Shown here: positions 26,822-36,780 of the stretch, one piece after another | Numbering within the stretch: the stretch's first letter is position 1 | Layout: every line of letters begins with the position of its first letter | Assembly: GCA_964497235.1 (NCBI GenBank) | Contig: CAZCCJ010000007.1 | Span: forward strand, 16,503-80,502 | Origin: an uncultured Staphylococcaceae bacterium | GTDB lineage: Bacteria; Bacillota_I; Bacilli_A; RFN20; CAG-826 | Reading direction: 5' to 3' | DNA length: 64,000 nt | Program-made: the position numbers and the translations under genes | The notes under the pieces: model-generated | The model's database searches: none | What the model was told of the DNA's origin: nothing | The model's input: the letters and a program-made list of their open reading frames with translations, nothing else

Positions 26822-28238
26822 CATTCTTTTCCTTTTCGCTCGGTATTGTAGCATTTATGGCCGTTTTCTTGCTCGCTTTATCGAGCCAAATCGTCGGAAA
26901 GATCGATAAGACGATGAAAGCGAGGGCCACGAAGAACATGACGCTTGATGGCGTTTTGCCGTTTAGCGCGAAATTGGCGTCGTCGTGGTACTCCGTCACC
27001 GGGAACAAAGCGCTTGATATAAGGGGCCCAGTGACCATCGGCAAAAGGACGCAGAAGACCATGCGGATGCCTTGGAAGAGACCGACTTCCTTTTTGGGCG
27101 TCAAGTCGCGCACGATGGCGCCGAGAATCGACGTCGTTATGAGGTAACCGGTGATCAAGAACGTCCCGAAGACGATGATCCATGCCATTTCGTTTAAGAA
27201 AGCAAGGCCAAGAAGCCCGATCACCGAGAAGATGAAGGATACGTATAGTTGCTTGATGCGGTCGAAACGATCGAGCAAGAAGACGCCGTTAAGGACGGCG
27301 ATGATGCTGCTGATTATGAAAATCACGCCGATCGCGATATAGAAATCCATCCCAACTAGCCCCGCGCCGCCGAATTCCGTCGATAGCTGCATATAGACCA
27401 TGTAATAGGGCATGAATGAGTTGACTGCGCTATTGAAGCAAAGGAAGACGAGAAGCGCGATATATAGCAAAGCGTTCTCCTTGATGACGCTTGGCCTAAA
27501 GCCGTGAACGAGGTTCTTTAAGTAGGCGCCATCGCGATTGGGCACGCACTTGTCTTTCGGGATGAGGAAGAGAGAGACGATGCCGCTAAGCGTCACCAAA
27601 GCGCCGCAGATTATGAAATATATGAACCAGCCATTCGCCAAAGCGCTTGCGCCATCCGAATAGACGCCGCTTGCTATTTGCTCACTCAAATACTCGTCAG
27701 GCGTGGCCCCGATATGCAAAGGCATCCCGATCACCATCATCACGACGTTGGCGAACAAAGGAAGGACGGAGAGGAAACTTTCAACTTTTCCGCGGTTTGA
27801 GTTATCCGTCATGTCGGTGACCATGGCGTTAAAGCAAGCGTCGCTTGCGGTGCTGCCGAAGAAAGTCATCAAGCAATCGATCACGACCATCCATACGCCG
27901 ACCATCATTATGGCGTTGGAAGCGCCATACGCCGCTTCCATGTTGTCTTTGCTTATGAGCCCAAAAGAGAAGACCGTGGCGCCCCAGATGATGAAACCCC
28001 AGGATATGAATAGCTTCCTCTTTCCGATTTTGTCGCTGAGGGCGCCCATGAAGAAGGTCGTTATGGTGGCCATCAAGGCGCTTAATATCGTCATATAGGT
28101 GATGGCGTCGCTATTTCCGGTCTGGGAGAAGACCCAGAGGTTTATGTAGTTGTTCTCAATCGCCCAGGCGAGTTGCCCGATGAATCCCACTAAGGCGATG
28201 GCCGCCCAGAAGCGTCCGCCGAGTTTTTTCTTTTCCAT
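26814..28238 (-). CDS. MFS transporter
   Basis: About 12 TM segments and GALSDKIGKRK (MFS loop 2-3 motif). ATG 28238 has AGAGGA 6 nt upstream, whereas ATG 28244 directly abuts it. Confidence 0.85.
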   Translation of the reverse strand: MEKKKLGGRFWAAIALVGFIGQLAWAIENNYINLWVFSQTGNSDAITYMTILSALMATITTFFMGALSDKIGKRKLFISWGFIIWGATVFSFGLISKDNMEAAYGASNAIMMVGVWMVVIDCLMTFFGSTASDACFNAMVTDMTDNSNRGKVESFLSVLPLFANVVMMVIGMPLHIGATPDEYLSEQIASGVYSDGASALANGWFIYFIICGALVTLSGIVSLFLIPKDKCVPNRDGAYLKNLVHGFRPSVIKENALLYIALLVFLCFNSAVNSFMPYYMVYMQLSTEFGGAGLVGMDFYIAIGVIFIISSIIAVLNGVFLLDRFDRIKQLYVSFIFSVIGLLGLAFLNEMAWIIVFGTFLITGYLITTSILGAIVRDLTPKKEVGLFQGIRMVFCVLLPMVTGPLISSALFPVTEYHDDANFALNGKTPSSVMFFVALAFIVLSIFPTIWLDKASKKTAINATIPSEKEKNDD

Positions 28239-28342
28239 ACCCATTCCTCTTTCGTCTATCCTACTACTTATTGGGCTTCCGATGGTATCCGAAGACGTGG
28301 GAAACGGCTAATTTCGTTAGTCTATGATGAAATTTGGGCAAT

Positions 28343-28366
28343 AAAAAAAGCCTCGAATACCGAGGC
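28343..28366 (-). terminator. rho-independent terminator after tRNA-Gly
   Basis: On the minus strand, gcctcg-gtatt-cgaggc is followed by ttttttt. Confidence 0.8.
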
Positions 28367-28377
28367 GAGGTTCCGTT

Positions 28378-28451
28378 TGGAGCAGGTGACGGGAATCGAA
28401 CCCGCGTATTCAGCTTGGAAGGCTGAAGTTCTACCATTGAACTACACCTGC
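28378..28451 (-). tRNA. tRNA-Gly (anticodon TCC), encoded CCA
   Basis: Reverse complement reads GCAGGTG-TA-GTTC..GAAC, anticodon arm TCAGC-CTTCCAA-GCTGA, T-loop TTCGATT, CACCTGC-T-CCA. Confidence 0.92.
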
Positions 28452-28453
28452 GC

Positions 28454-28530
28454 TGGCGGACCATACGAGATTCGAACTCGTGATCTCCTCCGTGACAGGG
28501 AGGCATGTTAGACCGCTACACCAATGGTCC
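28454..28530 (-). tRNA. tRNA-Asp (anticodon GTC), encoded CCA
   Basis: Reverse complement reads GGACCAT...CCTCC-CTGTCAC-GGAGG...GTTCGAATC...ATGGTCC-G-CCA. Confidence 0.92.
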
Positions 28531-28543
28531 GGGTGCGTGAAAG

Positions 28544-28552
28544 AATATACCA
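28544..28552 (-). promoter_or_regulatory. extended -10 box TGgTATATT for the tRNA-Asp/tRNA-Gly pair
   Basis: Reverse complement of aatataCCA. It lies 13 nt upstream of the mature tRNA-Asp 5' end. Confidence 0.45.
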
Positions 28553-28597
28553 CAACTGTTGGAAGGGTGGAAGAAAAAACGAAAAAACGTATGGCGG

Positions 28598-28903
28598 CTA
28601 GATTTTCGCGAAGCGGAGGACGCTTTCCTCAGGCAGATAGCCGACTCTCATGTCGACGGCTTTCCCTTCTTCGAAAAGGATGAGGGTCGGGATGCTTCGG
28701 ATCCCGAATTTCGAGGCGATCTCCGGCGCTTTGTCGACGTCGACTTTGATGATGTCGACGTTTTCGTGCTCGGAGGCGATTTTCTCGAGGACCGGGGCCA
28801 ACATGCTGCATGGACCGCACCAAGTGGCGTAGAAATCGACGACGATCTTTCCTTTGCTCGTCGCTTCCAAGAATTCCTTTTCATTATCGATGTGTTTTAG
28901 CAT
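28598..28903 (-). CDS. trxA: thioredoxin
   Basis: WCGPC active site, 101 aa. SD GGAG upstream. Confidence 0.95.
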   Translation of the reverse strand: MLKHIDNEKEFLEATSKGKIVVDFYATWCGPCSMLAPVLEKIASEHENVDIIKVDVDKAPEIASKFGIRSIPTLILFEEGKAVDMRVGYLPEESVLRFAKI

Positions 28904-28915
28904 GGCGTTATCTCC

Positions 28916-29827
28916 TTAATGCATAAAGCATAATACGAAAATGCCCCAAATCAAAACCAGATGCACTGGATAATATAGGTAGTTGAATATCTTCCACCAT
29001 TTGGCGTTGTATCCGCGCTTCCCGTTATAGAAGATGATGAGAACGGCCGCTATAGCGGCATAAGACTGCGCTTCCATGTAGTAAGGGTCAGGCAAGCCGA
29101 ATTTGATGAGCGCCCAGAAAATTAGATTGATAACGACGAGGAAAAGAGCCGATATCGCGTTCGAAAAGCCTTGAAGCTTGCTTTCGGTCGCGACGACTCC
29201 GTACATCTCTTCGTCACCTCCGGTCATCATTTTGAGGACTCGTTTCGCAAGCGGCAAAGCGAAATAGAATGAGACGATGATAAGGAAACCATAGAGGTTA
29301 TATGAACATCTAAGGAAAGACGGATAGAAACTAGACCATACGGATATGGCGTTGTTATTCGAAGCGTAGATCTCGCTTATATCCATGGCGTAGCACAAAA
29401 GGACGTATCCGAATGGGAGGATGGCTAATGGCCTAAGCCATTTGTTTGGATGCTCAAGGAGATAAATGAAGAGAGCGGCTACGATCAAATCCAAAAAGGC
29501 GTTCCCTTCCATTGTCCCAGCCATATCCTTATCGATTAAGAACATCGCGGTTTGGACGAGAATTATCGCAAGGCACATGAGCCCCAGCCTCATTATGTAA
29601 TTGAGGCGGTCATGAGTTTTCCTCATCCCCTCAGCCAGCATGAAGGCGAATAAAGGGAAAGCAAGCCTTCCGATGTATTGGAGAATCATCGCGGCCATAT
29701 AGCCAGGGCTATCGACGGCGAAATACCCTCCGGTTATCATCATGTATCCGATGTGGCTGGAGGTCATCGTCAAAAGGGCGATGATCTTAAGGGCGAATTG
29801 GTTTATGAAGAGTTTCTCTCCCTTCAT
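28916..29827 (-). CDS. TraX family membrane protein
   Basis: ALKIIALLTMTSSHIGY N-terminal motif and a polytopic topology. Confidence 0.7.
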   Translation of the reverse strand: MKGEKLFINQFALKIIALLTMTSSHIGYMMITGGYFAVDSPGYMAAMILQYIGRLAFPLFAFMLAEGMRKTHDRLNYIMRLGLMCLAIILVQTAMFLIDKDMAGTMEGNAFLDLIVAALFIYLLEHPNKWLRPLAILPFGYVLLCYAMDISEIYASNNNAISVWSSFYPSFLRCSYNLYGFLIIVSFYFALPLAKRVLKMMTGGDEEMYGVVATESKLQGFSNAISALFLVVINLIFWALIKFGLPDPYYMEAQSYAAIAAVLIIFYNGKRGYNAKWWKIFNYLYYPVHLVLIWGIFVLCFMH

Positions 29828-29829
29828 CG

Positions 29830-30738
29830 CTATGACCCTTTCCCTTCTAGTAAAATCAAGATGACGCTAAGAAGGTTGTTTAAGGAGTGGGCGGTCCAAG
29901 AGGTGGCAAGCCCAAATCTCTCATACGCGAAGGCCAGGGCTAAGCCAGAGAAGACGTAAGTGGGGTAGGATAGCCATTCGTTAGGGCTAGTGAAATCCTG
30001 GATATGGATGAGCCCGAACAAAAGGCTTGCGACGATGTAGGCCAAGACGCGGTTGATGCGCTTGGCGAAGCCGAACAACCCGACTCGGTAGGTGAGTTCC
30101 TCGCATAAAGGGCCGATTATGCCGGTGATAAGAACTGCGCAAACGGGGCTATAGAGAACCATCTCGTTGACGGCCAATTGGTTTTCGTTGGTGGTCGCCT
30201 CGAAGAATTGCTGGCTTATGAAGCTCCATAAGAAACTGAAGCCGATGCAAACGCCGGCCACCCCGAACGCGGCTAGATAATTCGTGGCCCGCTTAAAGGA
30301 GGGGAAGAGCTTTGGGATTTCGTTCCAAAGGATGAGCATCAACCCGGCGAATAAGACGATGTAGGAAGGGTAATTGCACCAAGCGAGGGCTTCGGCCGAT
30401 TTGGTGAAAGCCTGGTATTCCGCTTCAAGGGCGTCCCCGGTATAGCCCATGTTCGCCAAAGAAGACATCTTCACTCCGGCGACGATCAAGCTGGTGACGA
30501 TGGCAATCGCTTGGAAGCCAAGCCAGCCCATCAAGAAAAGGAAAAGCTCCCTAAGGGGCGAGACGTTGGAGATCTTGCCGAAGCTTCTTAGAAATCTATC
30601 GTCATCCACGTTTTTTTCGTGGCAATTCGGGCAAGCGCTTGACGCTCCGTCATAGCATGCGCCGCATTTTGAGCAGCGATTCTTCTTGAATGGATTATGG
30701 AAGCAAGGTTCCGTTTTCGCGTGGTTTTGGTTTTTCAT
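29830..30738 (-). CDS. CPBP family intramembrane glutamic endopeptidase with an N-terminal zinc ribbon
   Basis: CSKCGACYDGASSACPNCH. CPBP motifs CEELTYR, FGLIH and HSLNN. Confidence 0.8.
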   Translation of the reverse strand: MKNQNHAKTEPCFHNPFKKNRCSKCGACYDGASSACPNCHEKNVDDDRFLRSFGKISNVSPLRELFLFLMGWLGFQAIAIVTSLIVAGVKMSSLANMGYTGDALEAEYQAFTKSAEALAWCNYPSYIVLFAGLMLILWNEIPKLFPSFKRATNYLAAFGVAGVCIGFSFLWSFISQQFFEATTNENQLAVNEMVLYSPVCAVLITGIIGPLCEELTYRVGLFGFAKRINRVLAYIVASLLFGLIHIQDFTSPNEWLSYPTYVFSGLALAFAYERFGLATSWTAHSLNNLLSVILILLEGKGS

Positions 30739-30745
30739 GGCGATT

Positions 30746-30751
30746 ATTGTA
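30746..30751 (-). promoter_or_regulatory. -10 box TACAAT, 7 nt from ATG 30738
   Basis: Reverse complement of attgta. Spacer aatcgcc, no SD. Confidence 0.4.
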
Positions 30752-30788
30752 ATTGATAAATGTTTCGATTACACCGAAAATTGTCGGT

Positions 30789-31415
30789 ATGGAAACGGAA
30801 GCCATTTGCCCATTTGAGGAGAAGGAAGAGGAAATCGACGTCTTGGGGTCGCGTTTCATCGCCTCCCTATATCCGCTAGAGGAGAAGGATGACGTCAAGA
30901 AGTGCATCGAAAGGACGAAGGAACGCCATCCTAAGGCGACCCATTATCCGTATGCTTATAGGCTAATGCCATTCGAAGGAATGAGCGACGAAGGGGAGCC
31001 GAAAGGAAGCACCGGAATCCCCCTTTTAGAAGCGTTAAGGCAAAAGAAAGTCGATAGGGCGCTAGTCGTCGTAACTAGGTATTTCGGCGGGACGAAGCTC
31101 GGATTGCCAAGGCTCACGAGGACCTATCGCGAGGCCCTTTTGCTTGCCGTGACGAATATGGAAGAAGCGGTTTTCGTCCCGACGATGCGCGTCAAAATCA
31201 AGACGACGTATCCGATATACGAGAGCCTAAAAAGAGACGCAAGCAGATATGGATATGAGATTTCGAACGTCATTTTCTCGATATCCGTCGAACTGGATCT
31301 CGTCGGAGATGCTAAGATAATCGCATCCCTTTTGGATAGACATCAGAAGGAGATTGAAACAATCGCGAAAAGCGAGGAAACGATAAGGAGAAAAAAACAT
31401 GATCAAAGCCGATGA
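30789..31415 (+). CDS. yigZ: YigZ / IMPACT family protein
   Basis: GSRFIASLYP, HPKATHYPYAYRL, DEGEPKGSTGIPLL and VVVTRYFGGTKLG. ATG 30789 is preferred over TTG 30753. Confidence 0.85.
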   Translation: METEAICPFEEKEEEIDVLGSRFIASLYPLEEKDDVKKCIERTKERHPKATHYPYAYRLMPFEGMSDEGEPKGSTGIPLLEALRQKKVDRALVVVTRYFGGTKLGLPRLTRTYREALLLAVTNMEEAVFVPTMRVKIKTTYPIYESLKRDASRYGYEISNVIFSISVELDLVGDAKIIASLLDRHQKEIETIAKSEETIRRKKHDQSR

Positions 31416-32685
31416 ATATAGAAGCAGAAGGGCGAAACTGCTTTCGCTAATGGACTATGGAAGCGCCTTATTGGTGTATAGCGGCGTCTCGAAGGTCAAA
31501 AGCGCGGACGAAACCTACCCCTTCGAAGTGAATAAGAATTTCTATTATTTGACGGGCATCGAGCAAGAAGACAGCGCTTTGCTTCTTATCAACGCCGAAG
31601 GCGAGCAAAAGGAATACCTTTTCATCTCCCCATACGATGAAAGGAAAGAGAAATGGTATGGGAGAAGGATCAAGACGGCTGAGGCAAGCGAGATTTCCGG
31701 CATCCATAATGTTTTGGTCAACACTTCCCTCGAGGCCAAGGTCCAAATGTGCCTAAACCCCGATGAGGCGGAATATGGCGACCTCCGTACCCTTTATTTG
31801 GATTTGGATCATGAGCTCAAAATCGCCGAGGACACGACGACCGTCGATATGAAGAACACTTTGTCGGCCGCCTATCCGGATCTCTGTATAGAAGACGCCT
31901 ATCCACTCATCACCACGTTGAGGCTCCGTAAAAGCACTTCTGAAATCGACCTCTTCCGCGAAGCCATCTCCAACACGCGAATCGGAATCTATTCGATATG
32001 GAATGAGATGGCGGTCGGAAAGAAAGAATACGAATTGGCCGATACTTTCCTTCATAAAGTGAACGATCTATCCGGCTATCAAGGCTTAAGCTTCCCAACC
32101 ATCATGGCATCGGGGAAAAACGCGGCGATCCTCCATTATCCAACGCCGCTAGCCGAATTAAAGGACGGCGATTTGTTGCTTATGGACCTCGGCTCCAGAA
32201 GCGGGTATTACTGCGCCGACATATCGCGCACCGTGCCGGTCAATGGCAAATTCACCGATTTCCAGAAGACGGTTTACGAAATCGTCTTAGGAGCCAATAA
32301 GATGGTGGCGGCGATGGCGAAGCCCGGCGTCAAGATAAGCGAATTGCAGGAAGCGACGATCGAATATCTTGCAAAGGGCTGCTTGGAAGCCGGACTCATT
32401 GAGAAGCGCGAAGACATAACGAAATATTATTTCCACAGCGTATCCCATCTCATCGGCCTCGATACCCATGACCCATACCTTAATGTCGAGAGCAGGGAAT
32501 ATAAGGACATCCCCCTCGAACCTGGCATGGTGATCAGCGATGAACCGGGGCTATACATAGCCGAAAAGAATATCGGAGTCAGAATCGAAGACGATCTATT
32601 GATAACGAGAGACGGCTGCGAAGTCCTTAGTGCCTCAATCGTCAAGGAAGTCGCCGATATCGAAGAAAGACTCGCCGCCAAATAG
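31399..32685 (+). CDS. M24B Xaa-Pro aminopeptidase
   Basis: Metal ligand contexts LLMDLGSRSGYYCADISRT, HSVSHLIGLDTHD, ISDEPGLY and VRIEDD. SD AAGGAG. Confidence 0.9.
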   Translation: MIKADEYRSRRAKLLSLMDYGSALLVYSGVSKVKSADETYPFEVNKNFYYLTGIEQEDSALLLINAEGEQKEYLFISPYDERKEKWYGRRIKTAEASEISGIHNVLVNTSLEAKVQMCLNPDEAEYGDLRTLYLDLDHELKIAEDTTTVDMKNTLSAAYPDLCIEDAYPLITTLRLRKSTSEIDLFREAISNTRIGIYSIWNEMAVGKKEYELADTFLHKVNDLSGYQGLSFPTIMASGKNAAILHYPTPLAELKDGDLLLMDLGSRSGYYCADISRTVPVNGKFTDFQKTVYEIVLGANKMVAAMAKPGVKISELQEATIEYLAKGCLEAGLIEKREDITKYYFHSVSHLIGLDTHDPYLNVESREYKDIPLEPGMVISDEPGLYIAEKNIGVRIEDDLLITRDGCEVLSASIVKEVADIEERLAAK

Positions 32686-32691
32686 CGATAT

Positions 32692-32717
32692 AGCCTCTAG
32701 AGATTAGGGGCTTTTTT
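32692..32717 (+). terminator. rho-independent terminator after the aminopeptidase gene
   Basis: agcctct...aggggct hairpin (one mismatch) followed by tttttt. Confidence 0.6.
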
Positions 32718-32731
32718 GTTGCTTCCGATAT

Positions 32732-32759
32732 TTACTAACGAAAAACCGAGGGCGATAAT
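32732..32759 (+). promoter_or_regulatory. promoter TTACTA-16-GATAAT, 6 nt from ATG 32766
   Basis: Spacer atcagc, no SD before glpK. Confidence 0.5.
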
Positions 32760-32765
32760 ATCAGC

Positions 32766-34247
32766 ATGCGAAAATACATATTGTCGATTGACCAGGGCAC
32801 GACCTCGACACGTGCCATCTTGATTTCCAAGACCGGTGAGCGCCTTTTCCACGCCCAAAGGGATGTGGCTTGCCTTTATCCTAAGCCAGGTTGGGTGGAG
32901 CAAGACCCGGATCAGCTATGGATCAGCGTCGTCGACGTGATCAACGAGCTTCTCATCAAAAGCGGGGCCTCGATGAACGACGTCGCCGCGATAGGGATCA
33001 CCAATCAGCGCGAAACCACGGTGATATGGGATAAGAACACCGGCAAGGCGATAGCCAACGCGATCGTTTGGCAATCCAAGCAAACGCAGCAGATATGCGA
33101 CAAATACCTTTCGAAAGAGAAGAAGATCAGCGCGAAGACGGGATTACGCATCAACCCTTATTTCAGCGCCTCGAAGATTAGGTTCATACTCGATAACACC
33201 AAAGGCGCGAAGAAGAAAATGGAAGATGGCGACTTGCTTTTCGGCACCGTCGATAGCTGGCTCATCTACAAGATGACCGAAGGGAAGGTCCATGCGACCG
33301 ACGTCTCAAACGCTTCAAGGACCCTGTTATTCAACATCTTCGACATGAAGTGGGATGAGGAATTATGCGATCTCTGGGGCATCGACATGAGGATGCTTCC
33401 GGAAGTCAAGGAGAACGTGGCAGATTACGGCGAAGCCTCTTTCTTTGGCGGGCACGTCCATATTCATGGGGTGGCAGGCGATCAACAAAGCGCGCTATTC
33501 GGCCAATGTTGCTTCCGCGAAGGGGAAAGCAAGAACACCTATGGGACGGGTTGCTTCATGCTTATGAACATCGGAAACAAGCCGGTTTTGTCGAAGAAAG
33601 GCCTCTTAACCACGGTGGCTTGGAAGATAAACGGCGAAGTGACGTATGCGCTAGAAGGATCGGTGTTCATCGGTGGCGCGGTGGTCCAATGGCTTCGCGA
33701 TGAGATGGCGTGGTTCAAGGATTCCTCCCAAAGCGAGGAATACGCCCAAAGGAAAGCGGATACGGCGGGGGTCTATTTCGTTCCCGCCTTCGTCGGGCTT
33801 GGCACGCCTTATTGGGACGATGACGCCCGTGGCGCGATCTTCGGCCTAACGAGGGGAGCCGATAGGCATAACATCACCAGAGCCGCCCTTTATGGCGTGG
33901 CATATCAATCAAAAGACGTCATCGACCTTATGAAAAAAGAAGCGGGGCTTGAGCTACCGATATTAAAAGTCGATGGCGGCGCAAGCGCTAATTCCCTCCT
34001 TATGCAGTTCCAAAGTGATATCCTCCAATGCGAAGTCTCCTTGCCAAAATGCATCGAGACCACGGCTCTAGGAGCCGGCTATCTTGCCGGGCTTGGCTCT
34101 GGCTTCTGGAAGAGCGTCGATGAGATAGAGAAGAATCACAGCTATCAGAAACGTTACCTCCCATCGATGGATCCTTCGGAGGCGAAACGTCTATACAAGG
34201 GCTGGCAAGCCGCCGTCAAAGCGACCAGGGCTTTCAAAGTGAAATAG
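32766..34247 (+). CDS. glpK: glycerol kinase
   Basis: YILSIDQGTTSTRAI, GITNQRETTVIWD, GDQQSALFGQ and VDGGAS. Confidence 0.96.
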   Translation: MRKYILSIDQGTTSTRAILISKTGERLFHAQRDVACLYPKPGWVEQDPDQLWISVVDVINELLIKSGASMNDVAAIGITNQRETTVIWDKNTGKAIANAIVWQSKQTQQICDKYLSKEKKISAKTGLRINPYFSASKIRFILDNTKGAKKKMEDGDLLFGTVDSWLIYKMTEGKVHATDVSNASRTLLFNIFDMKWDEELCDLWGIDMRMLPEVKENVADYGEASFFGGHVHIHGVAGDQQSALFGQCCFREGESKNTYGTGCFMLMNIGNKPVLSKKGLLTTVAWKINGEVTYALEGSVFIGGAVVQWLRDEMAWFKDSSQSEEYAQRKADTAGVYFVPAFVGLGTPYWDDDARGAIFGLTRGADRHNITRAALYGVAYQSKDVIDLMKKEAGLELPILKVDGGASANSLLMQFQSDILQCEVSLPKCIETTALGAGYLAGLGSGFWKSVDEIEKNHSYQKRYLPSMDPSEAKRLYKGWQAAVKATRAFKVK

Positions 34248-34336
34248 CCATAACCAAAACTTTTCGATCTTGTTTGGCTGATGTCTTGTTTTTTTCGGAA
34301 TGGCTCTGATAGTGGCGACAAATCGCCTTAACATTG

Positions 34337-34342
34337 TATAAT
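34337..34342 (+). promoter_or_regulatory. -10 box TATAAT, 8 nt from ATG 34351
   Basis: ttgtataatgttggtatATG, no SD. Confidence 0.45.
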
Positions 34343-34350
34343 GTTGGTAT

Positions 34351-36780
34351 ATGCCAATCGCTTTCAAAGACAATGAATCCTATGTCGTCATTTGCCCCAA
34401 AGAAAGGCAAGACGATTTCTTGCGCCTAAGGAGGGAATGCCCTCTCTTACGTCTTTCGATATACACCAAAGAGGAAGCCGTCGGGTTATTCGGCAGGTCC
34501 TATGACGCCAGAGCGGTTTCTTATCTCCTAAGCAAAGGAATCAAATATTCTTTGGCCAAAGAGCTTTTGGAGGCTTTCTGTGCGCCGAAATTCGAGAAGA
34601 CGACTTCACCAAAACTCCTAAAATACAAGCAATACTATGACGAATTGACCGACGCATCGAATGGGAAGACGCCTCTTTTGGCGAGGACTTTCTCGCCTGA
34701 GAGCTCCTTCAAAGACAAGCACATAATCATTAACGGCTATGGCGAGGCTTCGAGAATCAGCGAATACATATCCTCATGCACTTCGAACATGACGATCGAT
34801 TTCGATATAGAAGGGGAGAATGAACCCCCAAAAATGTATCTTGAATTTCCTGACATCTACGAAGAGCTCCATTACGTATTCAACGAGATAGCCAAGAAAA
34901 TAGACGAAGGCACGAAGCCCGACGACATCTATATAGTCGGTGCAGACGATCAGCACTCGCTATATCTAAAGGACTTCGCGAAATATTACGGTTTCGGCAT
35001 CGATATGCCTTCTTCCACGAGACTATGCGATCACCCATCTTTCCGTTTGCTCGAAGAAGAAATGCTTCTGGATAGCCCATTCGACGAGGCGCTAGCCAAA
35101 GTGGAAAGAGAATACCCATCGATCGATTTCATGCCGTTAAGGAATGAGGTAACGCCTTTGCTAGAGCCATTCGAGCGAAGCGAAGAGAAACTGAAAATCA
35201 TCAAAGAAATCGCGAAAACCCTCGTGGTTTCCGAGCCGAATAGCCGAAACGCCGTCCATTTGTCCTCCCATTTCATCGTTCCGAAAGGGGCGAAGGCCTA
35301 TATCATCAATTTCGCGATGGGCTCCTTCCCTTTGGTCTATAAAGAGAATGGATACCTATCCGATTTCGAAAAGAAGGAGATAGGGCTAGGGACGTCGAAG
35401 GAAATGACGATTGACGACATGACTCGCTTGGACAATCTCCTTAAGTCAGGCCAAATCGAACTCATAACCTTCAAGAAAATGGCTTTTGGGAAAACCGTTT
35501 TCCCTAGCGGCTTGGCGGCGACATACGGAATCGAGAAGGCGATTCCGTCTTTGAAACCCTATGAATATTCGCACGCCAAAGGGGCATTCTTGCTTTCGAT
35601 GCTAAAAGACAAAGAGGTCGATTACGACGAATGCGATGAGAGAATCGCGATGCTAGAGAAGAACGTCGACCCATCCTTTAGGACATACGACTATAAAGTG
35701 AGCGAGAAGAATATCCCGATCGAAAACGATGGTCGCGTCTTTTTCACGCAGGGAAGCCATGACGATTACGCGTCCTGTCCCTTCAAATATCTTTATAACC
35801 GTCATCTGAAGCTTGCCCCATTCGAATCGACCTTCTATATCCGTATCGGCAATATCTTCCATAAGGTTTTGGAGTGGCATCACGCCGATCCGTCGATCGA
35901 CCCTCTTGAACTCTATAAGAAAGCGGTCGAAGAAGAAAACGATGGCCAGCCCTTTAACGCCAAGGAACGATTTATCCTCGATAACATCGCGGCCTATAGC
36001 AAGAAAGACGTTTTGTTCCATGATGAGCTAGGCGCCTCGCTAGAGAAATACTCCTCCGAAGAAGAAGCGGAAGGGGAATTCAACGTCACGATAGACGAGA
36101 AGACCGAATTATGCGGCCGCTTCGACAAGCGGATATCCTTTTCGAAGGACGGCGCCGGATACCTCATGATAATCGACTATAAGACGGGCGGGGCGCGATT
36201 CGATTACGATCGCTTCTTATCTACCGGCGTCGGGTCGCAGCTTCCGATCTATCTATACGCCGCCTCCAATGATCCGAAATACGAAGACTACAAAGTCGCC
36301 GGGCTATTCATCGCGCCGCTTCTTAAGGATGCGAAAGAAACGCAGGACAAAGACGGCCCTCTTGACGATACGGATAGAGGCAGGATGAGGTTGGAAGGCG
36401 CTTTCATCGACGATCCGTCTTTATGGACTCAAATCGGATTATGGACGGAGAGGAATGTCAGTTTGGCTTTCGCCCATATGTCCATAGTAAAAGGCGGGAA
36501 TTTCAAAAAAAGCGGAGAAAAGAAGTATTTCCTAAGCGAAGAAGAATTCGAAAAACTATGCAATTCCCTTGTGAATCGCCTCAAAAATGAGTCGAAAGCC
36601 ATCTTAAACGGCGAATTCGAAATCAATCCGATAAGGATCAAAAACAAAGTCGATGCTTGCGAATATTGTTCTTTTAGAGACGTGTGTTATCGCTCGGAGA
36701 AGGATTTCCCATTACGGAAAGCGAATGGAGAAAAGATCGAAGAAGACACGGAAAGCGAGGAAAAAGATGGCCTGGACTAA
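34351..36780 (+). CDS. addB: helicase-nuclease complex subunit B (AddB/RexB-like), short form
   Basis: PD-(D/E)xK nuclease GRFDKR..IIDYKTGG. Fe-S cysteines C476 (SCPFKY) plus CEYCSFRDVC (CxxCx5C). No Walker A seen. The gene overlaps addA. Confidence 0.8.
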   Translation: MPIAFKDNESYVVICPKERQDDFLRLRRECPLLRLSIYTKEEAVGLFGRSYDARAVSYLLSKGIKYSLAKELLEAFCAPKFEKTTSPKLLKYKQYYDELTDASNGKTPLLARTFSPESSFKDKHIIINGYGEASRISEYISSCTSNMTIDFDIEGENEPPKMYLEFPDIYEELHYVFNEIAKKIDEGTKPDDIYIVGADDQHSLYLKDFAKYYGFGIDMPSSTRLCDHPSFRLLEEEMLLDSPFDEALAKVEREYPSIDFMPLRNEVTPLLEPFERSEEKLKIIKEIAKTLVVSEPNSRNAVHLSSHFIVPKGAKAYIINFAMGSFPLVYKENGYLSDFEKKEIGLGTSKEMTIDDMTRLDNLLKSGQIELITFKKMAFGKTVFPSGLAATYGIEKAIPSLKPYEYSHAKGAFLLSMLKDKEVDYDECDERIAMLEKNVDPSFRTYDYKVSEKNIPIENDGRVFFTQGSHDDYASCPFKYLYNRHLKLAPFESTFYIRIGNIFHKVLEWHHADPSIDPLELYKKAVEEENDGQPFNAKERFILDNIAAYSKKDVLFHDELGASLEKYSSEEEAEGEFNVTIDEKTELCGRFDKRISFSKDGAGYLMIIDYKTGGARFDYDRFLSTGVGSQLPIYLYAASNDPKYEDYKVAGLFIAPLLKDAKETQDKDGPLDDTDRGRMRLEGAFIDDPSLWTQIGLWTERNVSLAFAHMSIVKGGNFKKSGEKKYFLSEEEFEKLCNSLVNRLKNESKAILNGEFEINPIRIKNKVDACEYCSFRDVCYRSEKDFPLRKANGEKIEEDTESEEKDGLD

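Noticed and set aside
28264-28506. 80-aa minus-strand ORF
   Set aside because: It lies directly on top of tRNA-Gly and tRNA-Asp. The reading frame is a by-product of the tRNA sequences.
36653-36766. N-terminal extension of addA (from 36653). The analogous extensions are PP2C from 62093 and GNAT from 13209.
   Set aside because: The extensions overlap upstream genes in another frame. Family-typical N-termini begin at MAWTNYQ, MSKVYHG and MRIVESE respectively.
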